Shown here: piece after piece, positions 27,262-36,224 of the stretch
Layout: every line of letters begins with the position of its first letter
Position numbering within the stretch: position 1 is the first letter of the stretch
From: Verrucomicrobiota bacterium
GTDB taxonomy: Bacteria; Verrucomicrobiota; Verrucomicrobiia; Opitutales; Cerasicoccaceae
Assembly: GCA_039818205.1 (NCBI GenBank)
Contig: JBCBUK010000002.1
Span: forward strand, 128,001-192,000
Direction: 5' to 3'
Length of the DNA: 64,000 nt
Program-made: the position numbers and the translations under genes
Notes under the pieces: generated by a model
Told to the model about the DNA's origin: nothing
What the model saw: only the letters and a program-made list of their open reading frames with translations
Databases searched by the model: none

Positions 27262-27294
27262 TAGCAGAGCTTGTCTACATCCAAGGATCATAAG

Positions 27295-27330
27295 AAGCAG
27301 GCGTTCCGCAATGCGGCGCCTGCTTTTATT
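27295..27330 (+). terminator. Intrinsic terminator after fliA
   Basis: AAGCAGGCG...CGCCTGCTT then TTATT. Confidence 0.7.
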
Positions 27331-27420
27331 GTGCACAGATATTTTTGTTTCTGCCCGAATAAATCGAATATCGGGCAGGGGTTGATCGTTGAATGATTGA
27401 ACTTCAACCAAATCAACCGA

Positions 27421-27891
27421 ATGAAAAATATCATCAAAACCTGTGCATTCATTGCGCTCACTCTGACACTGGGCGCAGCCAGCAGCCAAGCCCGCGGCGA
27501 TCATCGAGACAATAACGAAGCTTGGGCCGCATTGGGTGGCTTCATCGGGGGCGTGATTACCGCGGAGGTGCTCAACGATCACCATCAATACGCCAACTAC
27601 TCAGTTGAATACCGCGATCGGCCCAAGCACAATGCGGGCTATCGGGACTGCCGACCAACTCGTTGCGATACCCCCAAGCGCGACTACCGGAGATATTCCA
27701 ACGGAGGAGATTGCTGCGGTGGCGGATACTGGAAAGTCGTGAAGCGTAAGGTCTGGGTTCCCGGATCCTGGTCGTATCGCTGGAGCTCCTGCGGCACCCA
27801 TAAGGTCCGTTACCGTACGCAGGGCTACTACAAGGTTAAGCGCGAACGGGTTTGGATAAGTGGACACAGCCGCTCATGCCGTTATCGCTAG
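27421..27891 (+). CDS. Secreted protein with YXWGXW-like repeats
   Basis: Signal peptide, glycine-zipper segment AALGGFIGG, GGYWK...VWVPGSW...GYYK...VWISG. Confidence 0.7.
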   Translation: MKNIIKTCAFIALTLTLGAASSQARGDHRDNNEAWAALGGFIGGVITAEVLNDHHQYANYSVEYRDRPKHNAGYRDCRPTRCDTPKRDYRRYSNGGDCCGGGYWKVVKRKVWVPGSWSYRWSSCGTHKVRYRTQGYYKVKRERVWISGHSRSCRYR

Positions 27892-27914
27892 TCTTAGAAC
27901 CCCAAAATGCCCGG

Positions 27915-27951
27915 AGGCTGAGGCGAGAGATGCTCTTTCGCCTCGCCTTTT
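27915..27951 (+). terminator. Hairpin with short T run after the YXWGXW-like gene
   Basis: GAGGCGAGA...TTCGCCTC flanked by AGGC/GCCT, then a T run. Confidence 0.5.
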
Positions 27952-27979
27952 GCGGCAGTAATAATTTACCTCAAATTTA

Positions 27980-28480
27980 ATGACCGACGACGAACAGCAA
28001 TTGTTGATGCGCCACTTCGATGGGGAAGCGACCACGGACGAGGAGGTAGCCGTTGCGCGATTGCTGGACGAGAGTTCGGAAGCTCAGGGCCTGCTCGACC
28101 AATGGAGGCAACAGCGAGATGGGTTTAAGGGCGTGCCTCGGGAGCTCTCGGAGGTCGAAGTTGAATCGGATTGGCGCCGGTTGCAGGCTCAGTTGTTAAC
28201 AGATGATCAAACCCTTGAAGATGATAATGAGGGAGCCGTTGCAAAGCCGTTTTCGACGCCTGCTTGGATTTGGAGTGCGGCAGCAGCCATCATTGCGTTG
28301 GCCGCGGTCGTTTTCTTATTGCCGCGCAGCCCGATTGATCCACCGGGATCGCAATACCCAGTCGGTGCCAACATCGTCGAGACGGTGGAGACGGATTTGG
28401 AAGGCGTATCCCCAATTGTATTCGTCGATGCGCAAACCGGTTGGTCCGTTGTCTGGGTCGACGAAGCTCCCTCAGGTTAA
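27980..28480 (+). CDS. Anti-sigma-factor-like single-pass membrane protein
   Basis: LLMRHFDGE...VARLL anti-sigma-type N-terminus, TM helix WSAAAAIIALAAVVFLL, short outer domain. Confidence 0.65.
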   Translation: MTDDEQQLLMRHFDGEATTDEEVAVARLLDESSEAQGLLDQWRQQRDGFKGVPRELSEVEVESDWRRLQAQLLTDDQTLEDDNEGAVAKPFSTPAWIWSAAAAIIALAAVVFLLPRSPIDPPGSQYPVGANIVETVETDLEGVSPIVFVDAQTGWSVVWVDEAPSG

Positions 28481-28558
28481 AGGAAGCTTTTTTCTTTGCA
28501 TCATTGGCTAAAACTTTAGTTCTTGGGGCCGGCGGACATCTGTCTGCCATCGGCCCAT

Positions 28559-30046
28559 ATGCTATTTAACTCCTACGAGTTTATTGTACTGTTTCTCCCG
28601 TTGACTGTGGTTGGCTATTACCTGCTGGGTAGGTTTAGCGAACCCGTGAACGCTCGGCGGTGGTTGATCGCAGCCTCCCTGTTTTACTATGGTTGGTGGA
28701 ACCCGATCTATCTGGTGCTGATCTTGGGTTCGGCAGGATTCAATTACTGGCTGGGCGAGATCCTCGGGCGCTGGACAACGGCGCGCAACCCCCACACGCC
28801 ACTCCTTTGCCTTGGAATCTTGGTGAACTTGATTCTTTTGGGATACTTCAAATACGCGAATTTCTTTGTCGATTCGATGAACCACTGGCTGACGGTGGAT
28901 TGGACCTTGGAGAAGATCATTCTGCCTTTGGCCATTTCGTTTTTCACCTTCCAGCAGATTGCGTATCTTATAGATGTTTACAGCGACCGGGGCCAGTCCT
29001 ATGAGTTTGGCGACTACCTGTTGTTTGTTGTCTTCTTTCCTCAATTGATTGCCGGGCCCATTGTGCATCACCAGGAAATGATGCCGCAGTTTCAACGGCG
29101 CCGCACCTATATCTTGGATTGGGAAAACATCGCAGTCGGGCTCACGCTATTCTCCTTTGGGCTATTCAAGAAAGTCATTATTGCGGATACCTTTGGTGTT
29201 CGGGCCACGGAGGCTTTCGATGTCGCGGCGGCCGGGGGAGCTCTTTATACCTGGGAGGCATGGGCTGGTGCCTTGGCCTACACGCTGCAGATTTATTTCG
29301 ACTTCTCGGGTTACACGGACATGGCGATTGGCTTGGGTCGGATGTTTGGAATTCGCTTACCTCAGAATTTTAACTCTCCGTACAAGTCCGTGGATATTGG
29401 GGAATTCTGGCGACGGTGGCACATGACCCTTTCACGCTTTCTGCGCGACTATCTCTACATACCGCTGGGTGGCAACCAGCTGGGCAAAGTTCGGCGCGAT
29501 ATCAACCTGATGATCACCATGGTTCTGGGTGGGCTTTGGCACGGTGCTGGCTGGACGTTTGTTCTTTGGGGCGCCTTGCATGGTGCTTACCTATTGATCA
29601 ACCGCCGCTTCTCCGAATGGCGTAACCCAGAAGGCAAACCAACGAAACCGATGGGTCGGTTGGGTAAATTTGTCTGCGTGCTGATCACCTTCTTTTGTGT
29701 CGTGATGGCTTGGGTTCTGTTTCGTGCGGCGAATCTGGATGCCGCGATCAATATGTATGAGGCGATGTTTGGTCTGCAAACAAGCACGGAACACGTGCGT
29801 TTGTTTAAGCCACAGATCTTTGCCTTTGCCGGACTCGCACTAATCTTTTGCTGGTTAGCTCCCAACCTTCAGGAGTTCATGGCTCGATTTCATCAGCCGC
29901 CAGGCGCGGACGGACGCCTCGAAATCGTTCCGAGCAAAATCGCTTGGAACCCAACCGTGCTTTGGGCTCTCGTGGCGGGAGTTATCTTTCTTTCGGCGTT
30001 CATCTCGCTGTCGGGCAATAGCGAATTTCTTTACTATCAATTTTGA
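28559..30046 (+). CDS. MBOAT O-acyltransferase (AlgI/PatA/DltB family)
   Basis: MLFNS, LPLAISFFTFQ, FFPQLIAGPI, QIYFDFSGYTDMA, FWRRWH, GLWHGA, FLYYQF. Confidence 0.93.
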   Translation: MLFNSYEFIVLFLPLTVVGYYLLGRFSEPVNARRWLIAASLFYYGWWNPIYLVLILGSAGFNYWLGEILGRWTTARNPHTPLLCLGILVNLILLGYFKYANFFVDSMNHWLTVDWTLEKIILPLAISFFTFQQIAYLIDVYSDRGQSYEFGDYLLFVVFFPQLIAGPIVHHQEMMPQFQRRRTYILDWENIAVGLTLFSFGLFKKVIIADTFGVRATEAFDVAAAGGALYTWEAWAGALAYTLQIYFDFSGYTDMAIGLGRMFGIRLPQNFNSPYKSVDIGEFWRRWHMTLSRFLRDYLYIPLGGNQLGKVRRDINLMITMVLGGLWHGAGWTFVLWGALHGAYLLINRRFSEWRNPEGKPTKPMGRLGKFVCVLITFFCVVMAWVLFRAANLDAAINMYEAMFGLQTSTEHVRLFKPQIFAFAGLALIFCWLAPNLQEFMARFHQPPGADGRLEIVPSKIAWNPTVLWALVAGVIFLSAFISLSGNSEFLYYQF

Positions 30047-30981
30047 TGACCAGCGAAGACACAACCAGTTTTCGACGCTACCTCGTAACCTTTGCTTTGA
30101 TCGTGGTCGGGGGCGTCGCGTTGGTCGGTGGATTCTGTTATTGGGTCGATCCGTTTGGGATTTTTGGTATGAACTCCGTGGGAATTTACTCCAGTGCGGA
30201 TCGCGAATCAAAGGCCCAGTTCTACGGTCGCGGAGATTACGATGCCGTCCTATTGGGGAACAGCAAAGCGGCCATGATCCCAGCGTCGGAGATCGATGGG
30301 CACACTTTTTTTAGTGCGACTTTTGGCGGGGCGATGCCGGAGGAATTGTTCTACTTTGCGGATCGGCATCTTGAGGAAGGTGAGCTGGCGATCGTCTTGT
30401 TCGATATCTGGAGCTACGGGACCGAAGCTCCCATTAAGGAGGATCCCTTTGCGACGCGGGGCGTTCAGGAGTATCTCGATCGCCTGTTTAGCCTCCACGC
30501 ATTCGATGAGTCGGTGAAGACCCTGCGCCGCCATTACAAGGGAGAGCAACCAGCGTTTGCTCCCGATGGATCATTCATTGCCCAGCGCTGGATCGAGACC
30601 AAAGATGCGCCCAATGCGGCTTTGTATAAAGCGGAGCTCAACGCGCATGAGCGCTGGTTTAACGAATTCGAACTCTCGGATGAGCGGTTGCGCATGATCG
30701 ATCGCCTAGCCCGAGCGCTGAAGGCGCAGGGCTACCATCCCGTTGCGGTCATCGCACCGATGCATGTCGAATCACTGAAACGCCTGGAAGGGACACCAGC
30801 CCAAGAGGCGATGGATTTGTGGAAGCAGGAGATCAATCGAGCGTTCCCCGAGGTTATTGATTTGATGGATTCCAAATATTCAACGCCCGAAAACTATTTT
30901 CCCGCGGACCCCACACACTTTCGTCCCGAAACCGGCGTGAGCATGATCAACGACGAGGTGATGTCGGTTGAGCGCTATTGA
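30046..30981 (+). CDS. SGNH-like periplasmic partner of the MBOAT (AlgJ/PatB/DltD-like)
   Basis: N-terminal TM helix then VDPFG; LLGNS nucleophile block; C-terminal DPTH (DxxH); TGATG coupling. Confidence 0.7.
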   Translation: MTSEDTTSFRRYLVTFALIVVGGVALVGGFCYWVDPFGIFGMNSVGIYSSADRESKAQFYGRGDYDAVLLGNSKAAMIPASEIDGHTFFSATFGGAMPEELFYFADRHLEEGELAIVLFDIWSYGTEAPIKEDPFATRGVQEYLDRLFSLHAFDESVKTLRRHYKGEQPAFAPDGSFIAQRWIETKDAPNAALYKAELNAHERWFNEFELSDERLRMIDRLARALKAQGYHPVAVIAPMHVESLKRLEGTPAQEAMDLWKQEINRAFPEVIDLMDSKYSTPENYFPADPTHFRPETGVSMINDEVMSVERY

Positions 30982-31044
30982 TTGATTTCCGCCTAGGAGC
31001 GATTCGTGCTTTTCGAACGCGATTACATTTGCTTGTTTACCAGG

Positions 31045-31503
31045 ATGAAACCACGTCCCATACCGGGGTCAACGGGGGAAGTGCTCACCAATTTGCCTTC
31101 GCCTTATTTACCACATGCCGCAACTGGCCTCCTGCATTTGCCGCGATTTATTGCGAAAATTCGCTACACCCAAACGCATGGTGAATTGCCCAAGAGCTAC
31201 CGCAAAAACTATAAGCGTGGCTTCGATCGATTCCTGTGTATGCACCTGGACGTGGATCCCGGCGACGTGGAAAAAATCGTGATGGAAAGCGCGGATGACG
31301 CTGAAGCCGACCAACGTTTGTTGGAGCTTTTTCCTGAGGATGTGCAGGCTCCGAAGTGGAATCGTGAGCTCGTTCAAAAGGGTATGACCGAGGCCGGCCG
31401 CGAGTTTATCCGCGAGTCACTCGAGGCGATGGGTTGCTTGGAATGGGATGGCGACGTCAAGTCAGTTGCTGACATGATTGAGCTCGACGAGGGCCGTATT
31501 TAG
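31045..31503 (+). CDS. DUF5069 domain protein
   Basis: LPSPY...GLLHLPRFIAKIR...G.LP..Y...GFD, ending IELDEGR. Confidence 0.75.
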   Translation: MKPRPIPGSTGEVLTNLPSPYLPHAATGLLHLPRFIAKIRYTQTHGELPKSYRKNYKRGFDRFLCMHLDVDPGDVEKIVMESADDAEADQRLLELFPEDVQAPKWNRELVQKGMTEAGREFIRESLEAMGCLEWDGDVKSVADMIELDEGRI

Positions 31504-31575
31504 GAATTTTGCGAGTTCGGTGGGCTCCGGCACTTGCTTGACAAGCGTCCGGTTCATGCCGCCTAATGCTTTCGA

Positions 31576-32625
31576 ATGTTTGTTGATGAAGTAACCGTGA
31601 AGTTGAAAGCGGGTGACGGCGGTGATGGCTGTCTGAGTTTTCGACGCGAAAAATACGAACCTCGTGGCGGCCCGAACGGAGGCAACGGTGGGCGCGGGGG
31701 CAATGTGGTCCTCGTCGGCGATGAAAACACGGCTGACCTCGTCGACTACAAGTTCATGCCACATGCGAAGGCGCAGAACGGGGAAACCGGGCGGGGTTCC
31801 GATCAGCATGGTGCATGGGGTGACGACAAGCGCCTGCTTTTACCACTAGGCACGCAGGTATTCGATGTGATCAGCGAGCAGATGGTCTGTGAGCTGGTTG
31901 AGCACGATCAGGAAATTATTTTGCTTAATGGCGGGCGCGGTGGACTGGGCAACCAGGTCTTCAAGTCGTCCGTCAACCAGGCGCCACGTAAGATCACTCC
32001 CGGCAAGCCGGGGGAGGAGGGTGAATACCGTCTGGTCCTTAAAACCATTGCCGATTGCGGCTTGGTTGGTTTTCCCAATGCGGGAAAATCGTCGATCATG
32101 GGCTTGATCACCAAGAAGCGGCCCAAGGTCGGGCACTACGCCTTTACCACCCTCGAGCCGAGTGTTGGCGTGGTTCATTTCCCGCATTCCTACGAACGGC
32201 TAACGATTGCCGACATCCCAGGATTGATTGAAGGCGCTCACGAAAACAAGGGGCTTGGCCACCGTTTTCTGCGCCACGTCGAACGCTGTAACCTGCTCAT
32301 TTTCATGATCGATATGGCGGGCGAGGATGGCCGCGATCCGCTGGAAGATTACCAGCAGCTGTGCACCGAGCTAGAACTTTATCAGGCAGATATCGCGGAT
32401 CGGTCTCGGATCATTGTCGCCAACAAGATGGATGAGCTCCCGATTGCGGAGGAGAATTTGCAACGATTCCGCAAGGCCCACGAAGATTTGCAGATTTGTC
32501 CGATTTCGTGTCTCAGTGAAGAAGGTATCCCCGAGTTGTTGGACGCGCTCTACGAGGGGATTCTGCGCCGCCCGAATCTGGAGGATACGGAAGATACCAG
32601 CCCGACGTCAGTGGAAGAGGATTAA
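31576..32625 (+). CDS. obgE: GTPase ObgE/CgtA
   Basis: MFVDE, Gly-rich Obg fold, GFPNAGKS, YAFTT, DIPG, NKMD. Confidence 0.96.
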   Translation: MFVDEVTVKLKAGDGGDGCLSFRREKYEPRGGPNGGNGGRGGNVVLVGDENTADLVDYKFMPHAKAQNGETGRGSDQHGAWGDDKRLLLPLGTQVFDVISEQMVCELVEHDQEIILLNGGRGGLGNQVFKSSVNQAPRKITPGKPGEEGEYRLVLKTIADCGLVGFPNAGKSSIMGLITKKRPKVGHYAFTTLEPSVGVVHFPHSYERLTIADIPGLIEGAHENKGLGHRFLRHVERCNLLIFMIDMAGEDGRDPLEDYQQLCTELELYQADIADRSRIIVANKMDELPIAEENLQRFRKAHEDLQICPISCLSEEGIPELLDALYEGILRRPNLEDTEDTSPTSVEED

Positions 32626-33470
32626 TCGCTCAGGTGATGCTCGGTGAGCTCGCGGATAATCCAATCGCGGGCCTCTTCGACATCGTCCATGATGCGGAAG
32701 AGATCCAGGTCACTTTCGCTGATGACGCCCCAATCGACAAAGGATTGGAAGTTGATGATGTCGTGCCAGAAATCGGACCCGAGGAGTACGGTCGGCATGG
32801 GTTTCATGATCTTCTGCGTCTGAATGAGCGTCATTAGCTCGAAGAATTCGTCCATGGTCCCGAAGCCGCCCGGAGTAACCACCATGGCCTTGGCCAAGTA
32901 GGCGAACCAGTATTTCCGAATCATAAAATAGTGGAACTCATACTTTAGTTCGTGGGGAATGTAGGGGTTCATCTCGGGCTCAAAGGGTAGGCTGATGCCG
33001 AGACCGAGGCTGGGCATGTCCGCCAGGTAGGCTCCGTGATTGGCTGCTCGCATCATGCCGTCGCCCCCACCGGTACAGATGTAGAAGCGCTTCTTGGGGT
33101 CGGGAATGGTTTTCGACCATTCGGCGAGCAGGCGGGCAAGCTCCGTGGCTTTGTCGTGAAACGGCGCTGCTTTGACGTGGCGCTGGGCCACGCGCAAACG
33201 GCGGGCGAGGGCCTCATCTCCGGGTTTGCCGGCGGCCGCATCCTGAATCGCCTCTTCGAGGCGTTCGCGCGCTGTCTCTGAGTCGGGTATCCGCGCAGAG
33301 CCAAAAAAAGCGATCGTATTGTTGATGCCGCTCTCTTTGAGGCGGCGCTTGGGTTCAGCAAGCTCACAAAGGATACGGATGTGACGGGCGTCGGAGCTAT
33401 TGAGAAAGTCAGAATTGTTATAGGCCTTGATTGGCCACTCGGGCGGGGAATCAGAGGTTTCGTCAATCAT
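32622..33470 (-). CDS. LOG family nucleotide phosphoribohydrolase
   Basis: FFGSAR, TGGG.GMM.AAN.GA, PGGFGTMDE. Confidence 0.88.
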   Translation of the reverse strand: MIDETSDSPPEWPIKAYNNSDFLNSSDARHIRILCELAEPKRRLKESGINNTIAFFGSARIPDSETARERLEEAIQDAAAGKPGDEALARRLRVAQRHVKAAPFHDKATELARLLAEWSKTIPDPKKRFYICTGGGDGMMRAANHGAYLADMPSLGLGISLPFEPEMNPYIPHELKYEFHYFMIRKYWFAYLAKAMVVTPGGFGTMDEFFELMTLIQTQKIMKPMPTVLLGSDFWHDIINFQSFVDWGVISESDLDLFRIMDDVEEARDWIIRELTEHHLSD

Positions 33471-33604
33471 GTGCAGTAGGTGATTATCACTGATGCCCCC
33501 AATAGCAACGCCTTTTAGCGCAGAGAACTAGTCTGAACTCGCTTCAGGTCATTCAGTGTCTTGGGTTGAATCTTCGGGCTATGTCCTGTCTAGTGATTGT
33601 CGAT

Positions 33605-35098
33605 ATGACCGCCTATACTGAACTGACCGCCACCTTGAAGCACATCGCCCTGCTAGATTCCATTTCAGGAATTGTTGGTTGGGACGAGCTTGTGAACTTG
33701 CCGCCTGGGTCGGCAGAGTTGCGAGCGCAGCAAAATTCGGCATTGGCGGCCTTGATTCACCGAGAATTTACGGTGCCAGAGATTGGTGAGTTGATTGCTG
33801 AGCTGGAGGATCAAGATCTGGATGCCGATCAACGCTGCGTGGTTCGGCAAGCCAGCCGTGAATATGACCGCGCCGTCAAGCTGCCGCCGGATTTCGTCCG
33901 GCGCAAATCGGCAGCCTCAAGTGAAGGCTATCATGCATGGACGGAATCTCGTAAAAAGCAGGATTTCGACGGTTTTGCGCCCAAGCTACAGGTCCTGGTT
34001 GATTTGGCCAAAGAGGAGGCAGCCTACCTCGGGCAGGAGGACCATCCCTACGATTATTGGATCGATCGGTTTGATCCTGGCATGAATGAAGCGCTTTTTT
34101 GTGGTCTATTTGACCAGCTGCGTGAACCCTTGAAGGCTCTGTCGGCGGCGGTATTGGACGCGCCGCGCCAAGCTGATGTGTCGATTTTCAAAGGCTTTCC
34201 AGTCGCCGCCCAAGAGGCATTCTTGCGGGAGGTTCTGGAGCGTATTGGCTTTGATTTTTCCTACGGGCGCTTGGATACATCGGTCCACCCATTCTGTGGC
34301 GGCAGCGCTTGGGATACGCGGATGACGACGCGCTTTGACCCCGAGAACCCTTTGGACTCGTTATTTAGCGCAATTCATGAAGCCGGTCATGGCCTTTATG
34401 AGCAGGGGCTGCGGCTGGGCAACCCGGATTCATTTGGTTTGGCTCTGGCGGATTCCGTTGGCATGGGTGTGCATGAGTCACAAAGCCGCTTGTGGGAGAA
34501 CCAAGTGGCGCGCAGTGATGCTTTCTGGACCTTCTATGAACCGCGATATCGTGAGGCATTTTCACACCAGTTGGCCGGTGTTGCCTCAGAGGATCTGCGT
34601 TTGGCAATTAACGCCGTGCAACGCCAACCAATCCGGGTAGATGCCGACGAGGTGCATTACAACCTTCACGTCATTTTGCGTTTTGAGATCGAGCGGGCTT
34701 TGTTCTCTGGTGACCTAGCGGTGCAGGAGGTGCCGGCAGTTTGGAATGAATTGAGCCAGGACTTGTTGGGATTAACGCCCGAGCACGTTGGCGTCGGGTG
34801 TATCCAGGATGTTCACTGGTCCGAAGGTCTGTTTGGTTATTTCCCGAGCTACACCTTGGGGAATGTCTTGTCTGCGCAGCTTTGGACGGCAGCTCGCCGA
34901 GCGCACCCGCAACTAGATGCCGAGTTTGCCGAAGGGAACTTCTCGAACTTACTTAAATGGTTGAGAGAAAACGTCCACCAATACGGCAAGCGCTACAGCA
35001 CCCCGGATTTGATCGAGAAGGTCACCGGTGAGGAGCTCTCGCCGCAACCGTTGATTGACTACCTTCAAGAGCGCTACGGCGCGTTGTATGGCCTTTAG
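33605..35098 (+). CDS. Carboxypeptidase M32
   Basis: HPF, IHEAGH, HESQSRLWEN, IRVDADE, QDVHW, GYFPSY. Confidence 0.93.
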   Translation: MTAYTELTATLKHIALLDSISGIVGWDELVNLPPGSAELRAQQNSALAALIHREFTVPEIGELIAELEDQDLDADQRCVVRQASREYDRAVKLPPDFVRRKSAASSEGYHAWTESRKKQDFDGFAPKLQVLVDLAKEEAAYLGQEDHPYDYWIDRFDPGMNEALFCGLFDQLREPLKALSAAVLDAPRQADVSIFKGFPVAAQEAFLREVLERIGFDFSYGRLDTSVHPFCGGSAWDTRMTTRFDPENPLDSLFSAIHEAGHGLYEQGLRLGNPDSFGLALADSVGMGVHESQSRLWENQVARSDAFWTFYEPRYREAFSHQLAGVASEDLRLAINAVQRQPIRVDADEVHYNLHVILRFEIERALFSGDLAVQEVPAVWNELSQDLLGLTPEHVGVGCIQDVHWSEGLFGYFPSYTLGNVLSAQLWTAARRAHPQLDAEFAEGNFSNLLKWLRENVHQYGKRYSTPDLIEKVTGEELSPQPLIDYLQERYGALYGL

Positions 35099-35102
35099 GA
35101 TC

Positions 35103-35399
35103 CTATCTGCTATCTGGATTTTTTCGAATGGGCTTCGCGATGAAATATACTGCGAGGCCAAGACCCAGCCCGGTTCCAATCAAGGTCGATCGTCGAACAT
35201 CGCTCAGGTATTCCTCTCTTGAAACGGGCGTAAATGCTCGGTCGCGATAATTCTCCCGGCTAATCCTGGATTTCTCAATGGACGATCTCGCTAAATCGAA
35301 CGCACCGGCGCCGTACAGGTAACCTAAGCCAGCTCCTAGCATGACTAAAAAGGTGACGATCGCGATGTGATCCTTTACCTTCTCGATATCCAGTGACAT
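35103..35399 (-). CDS. Small hypothetical membrane protein
   Basis: 98 aa with two hydrophobic segments. Confidence 0.55.
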   Translation of the reverse strand: MSLDIEKVKDHIAIVTFLVMLGAGLGYLYGAGAFDLARSSIEKSRISRENYRDRAFTPVSREEYLSDVRRSTLIGTGLGLGLAVYFIAKPIRKNPDSR

Positions 35400-35551
35400 T
35401 GGCGGGTCCAGTGATTATTGAATCCGTGTTGGGTCGGGAAACGTGTTGTCCCGACATTACTTGCTCAAGGACTTCATGATTTTGGGCTCACTTGTCAAAC
35501 CATGATGATTTGTAACCTCAATTTCGACGAACTTGAACAGGCGACAGGGCT

Positions 35552-36013
35552 CTAGCCCTCGTAGCCGTAGCGATCGAGCATGTCGGTGAGGACGTCGGGG
35601 AGAGATTCCTGATGGGGTAGGCTGGATTGGGATTCGGCGCAACAACTCAGGTATTCCAGCATTGAGAGCAGGCCGGGGGCTTTTTGTTTTTGCTGGGCCA
35701 GCCAATCGTAGAAATATTCCAAGGCGGCGACCCATTCAGAAAGGTTGTGGTTGGACTCGTCGACATGGTCCACTAGCAGTTGGTAGGCGTTGGGCATGTC
35801 TGGGTGTTCCTTGGCATGCTCGTCAAAGGATTCCACAATAATGGCGAACTGTTTGGGGCTAGTGCAGGCACGGGCCATCATCTCAAATCCTTCTTCCCCA
35901 AGATTGGCTTCTTCTTGCAGGAAAGCACCCTCGGACAGGGCTTCTAGCCACCCCATATAGAGTGCCTTATCATCTCCCGCAAACTGGTCAGCCAATGATT
36001 CGATATCTGGCAT
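35552..36013 (-). CDS. Hypothetical acidic protein
   Basis: 153-aa ORF with a TTGATT-16-TATTCT promoter 6 nt before its ATG. Confidence 0.7.
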   Translation of the reverse strand: MPDIESLADQFAGDDKALYMGWLEALSEGAFLQEEANLGEEGFEMMARACTSPKQFAIIVESFDEHAKEHPDMPNAYQLLVDHVDESNHNLSEWVAALEYFYDWLAQQKQKAPGLLSMLEYLSCCAESQSSLPHQESLPDVLTDMLDRYGYEG

Positions 36014-36160
36014 AGGGTCAGAATAGAAGATGCGACGGCTAAATCAATATTAGATTTTCCCTCTGATTATCAGGTATTTAGGGATTTCTCCTTACAAATT
36101 TCCGATTCTAACTCAAATTCGAGTTGCGCTCTCAGGTTGGTAGGGTTTTGTATTGAGACC

Positions 36161-36193
36161 CGGGCAGCGGTTAGCTCCGCCGTCCGTTTTTTT
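36161..36193 (+). terminator. Terminator-like hairpin in the pyrG leader (candidate attenuator)
   Basis: CGGGCAGCGG-ttagct-CCGCCGTCCG then T7; upstream neighbour is on the opposite strand. Confidence 0.6.
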
Positions 36194-36224
36194 ATTTATT
36201 GCGATTGATAAGTTTTACTGACCT

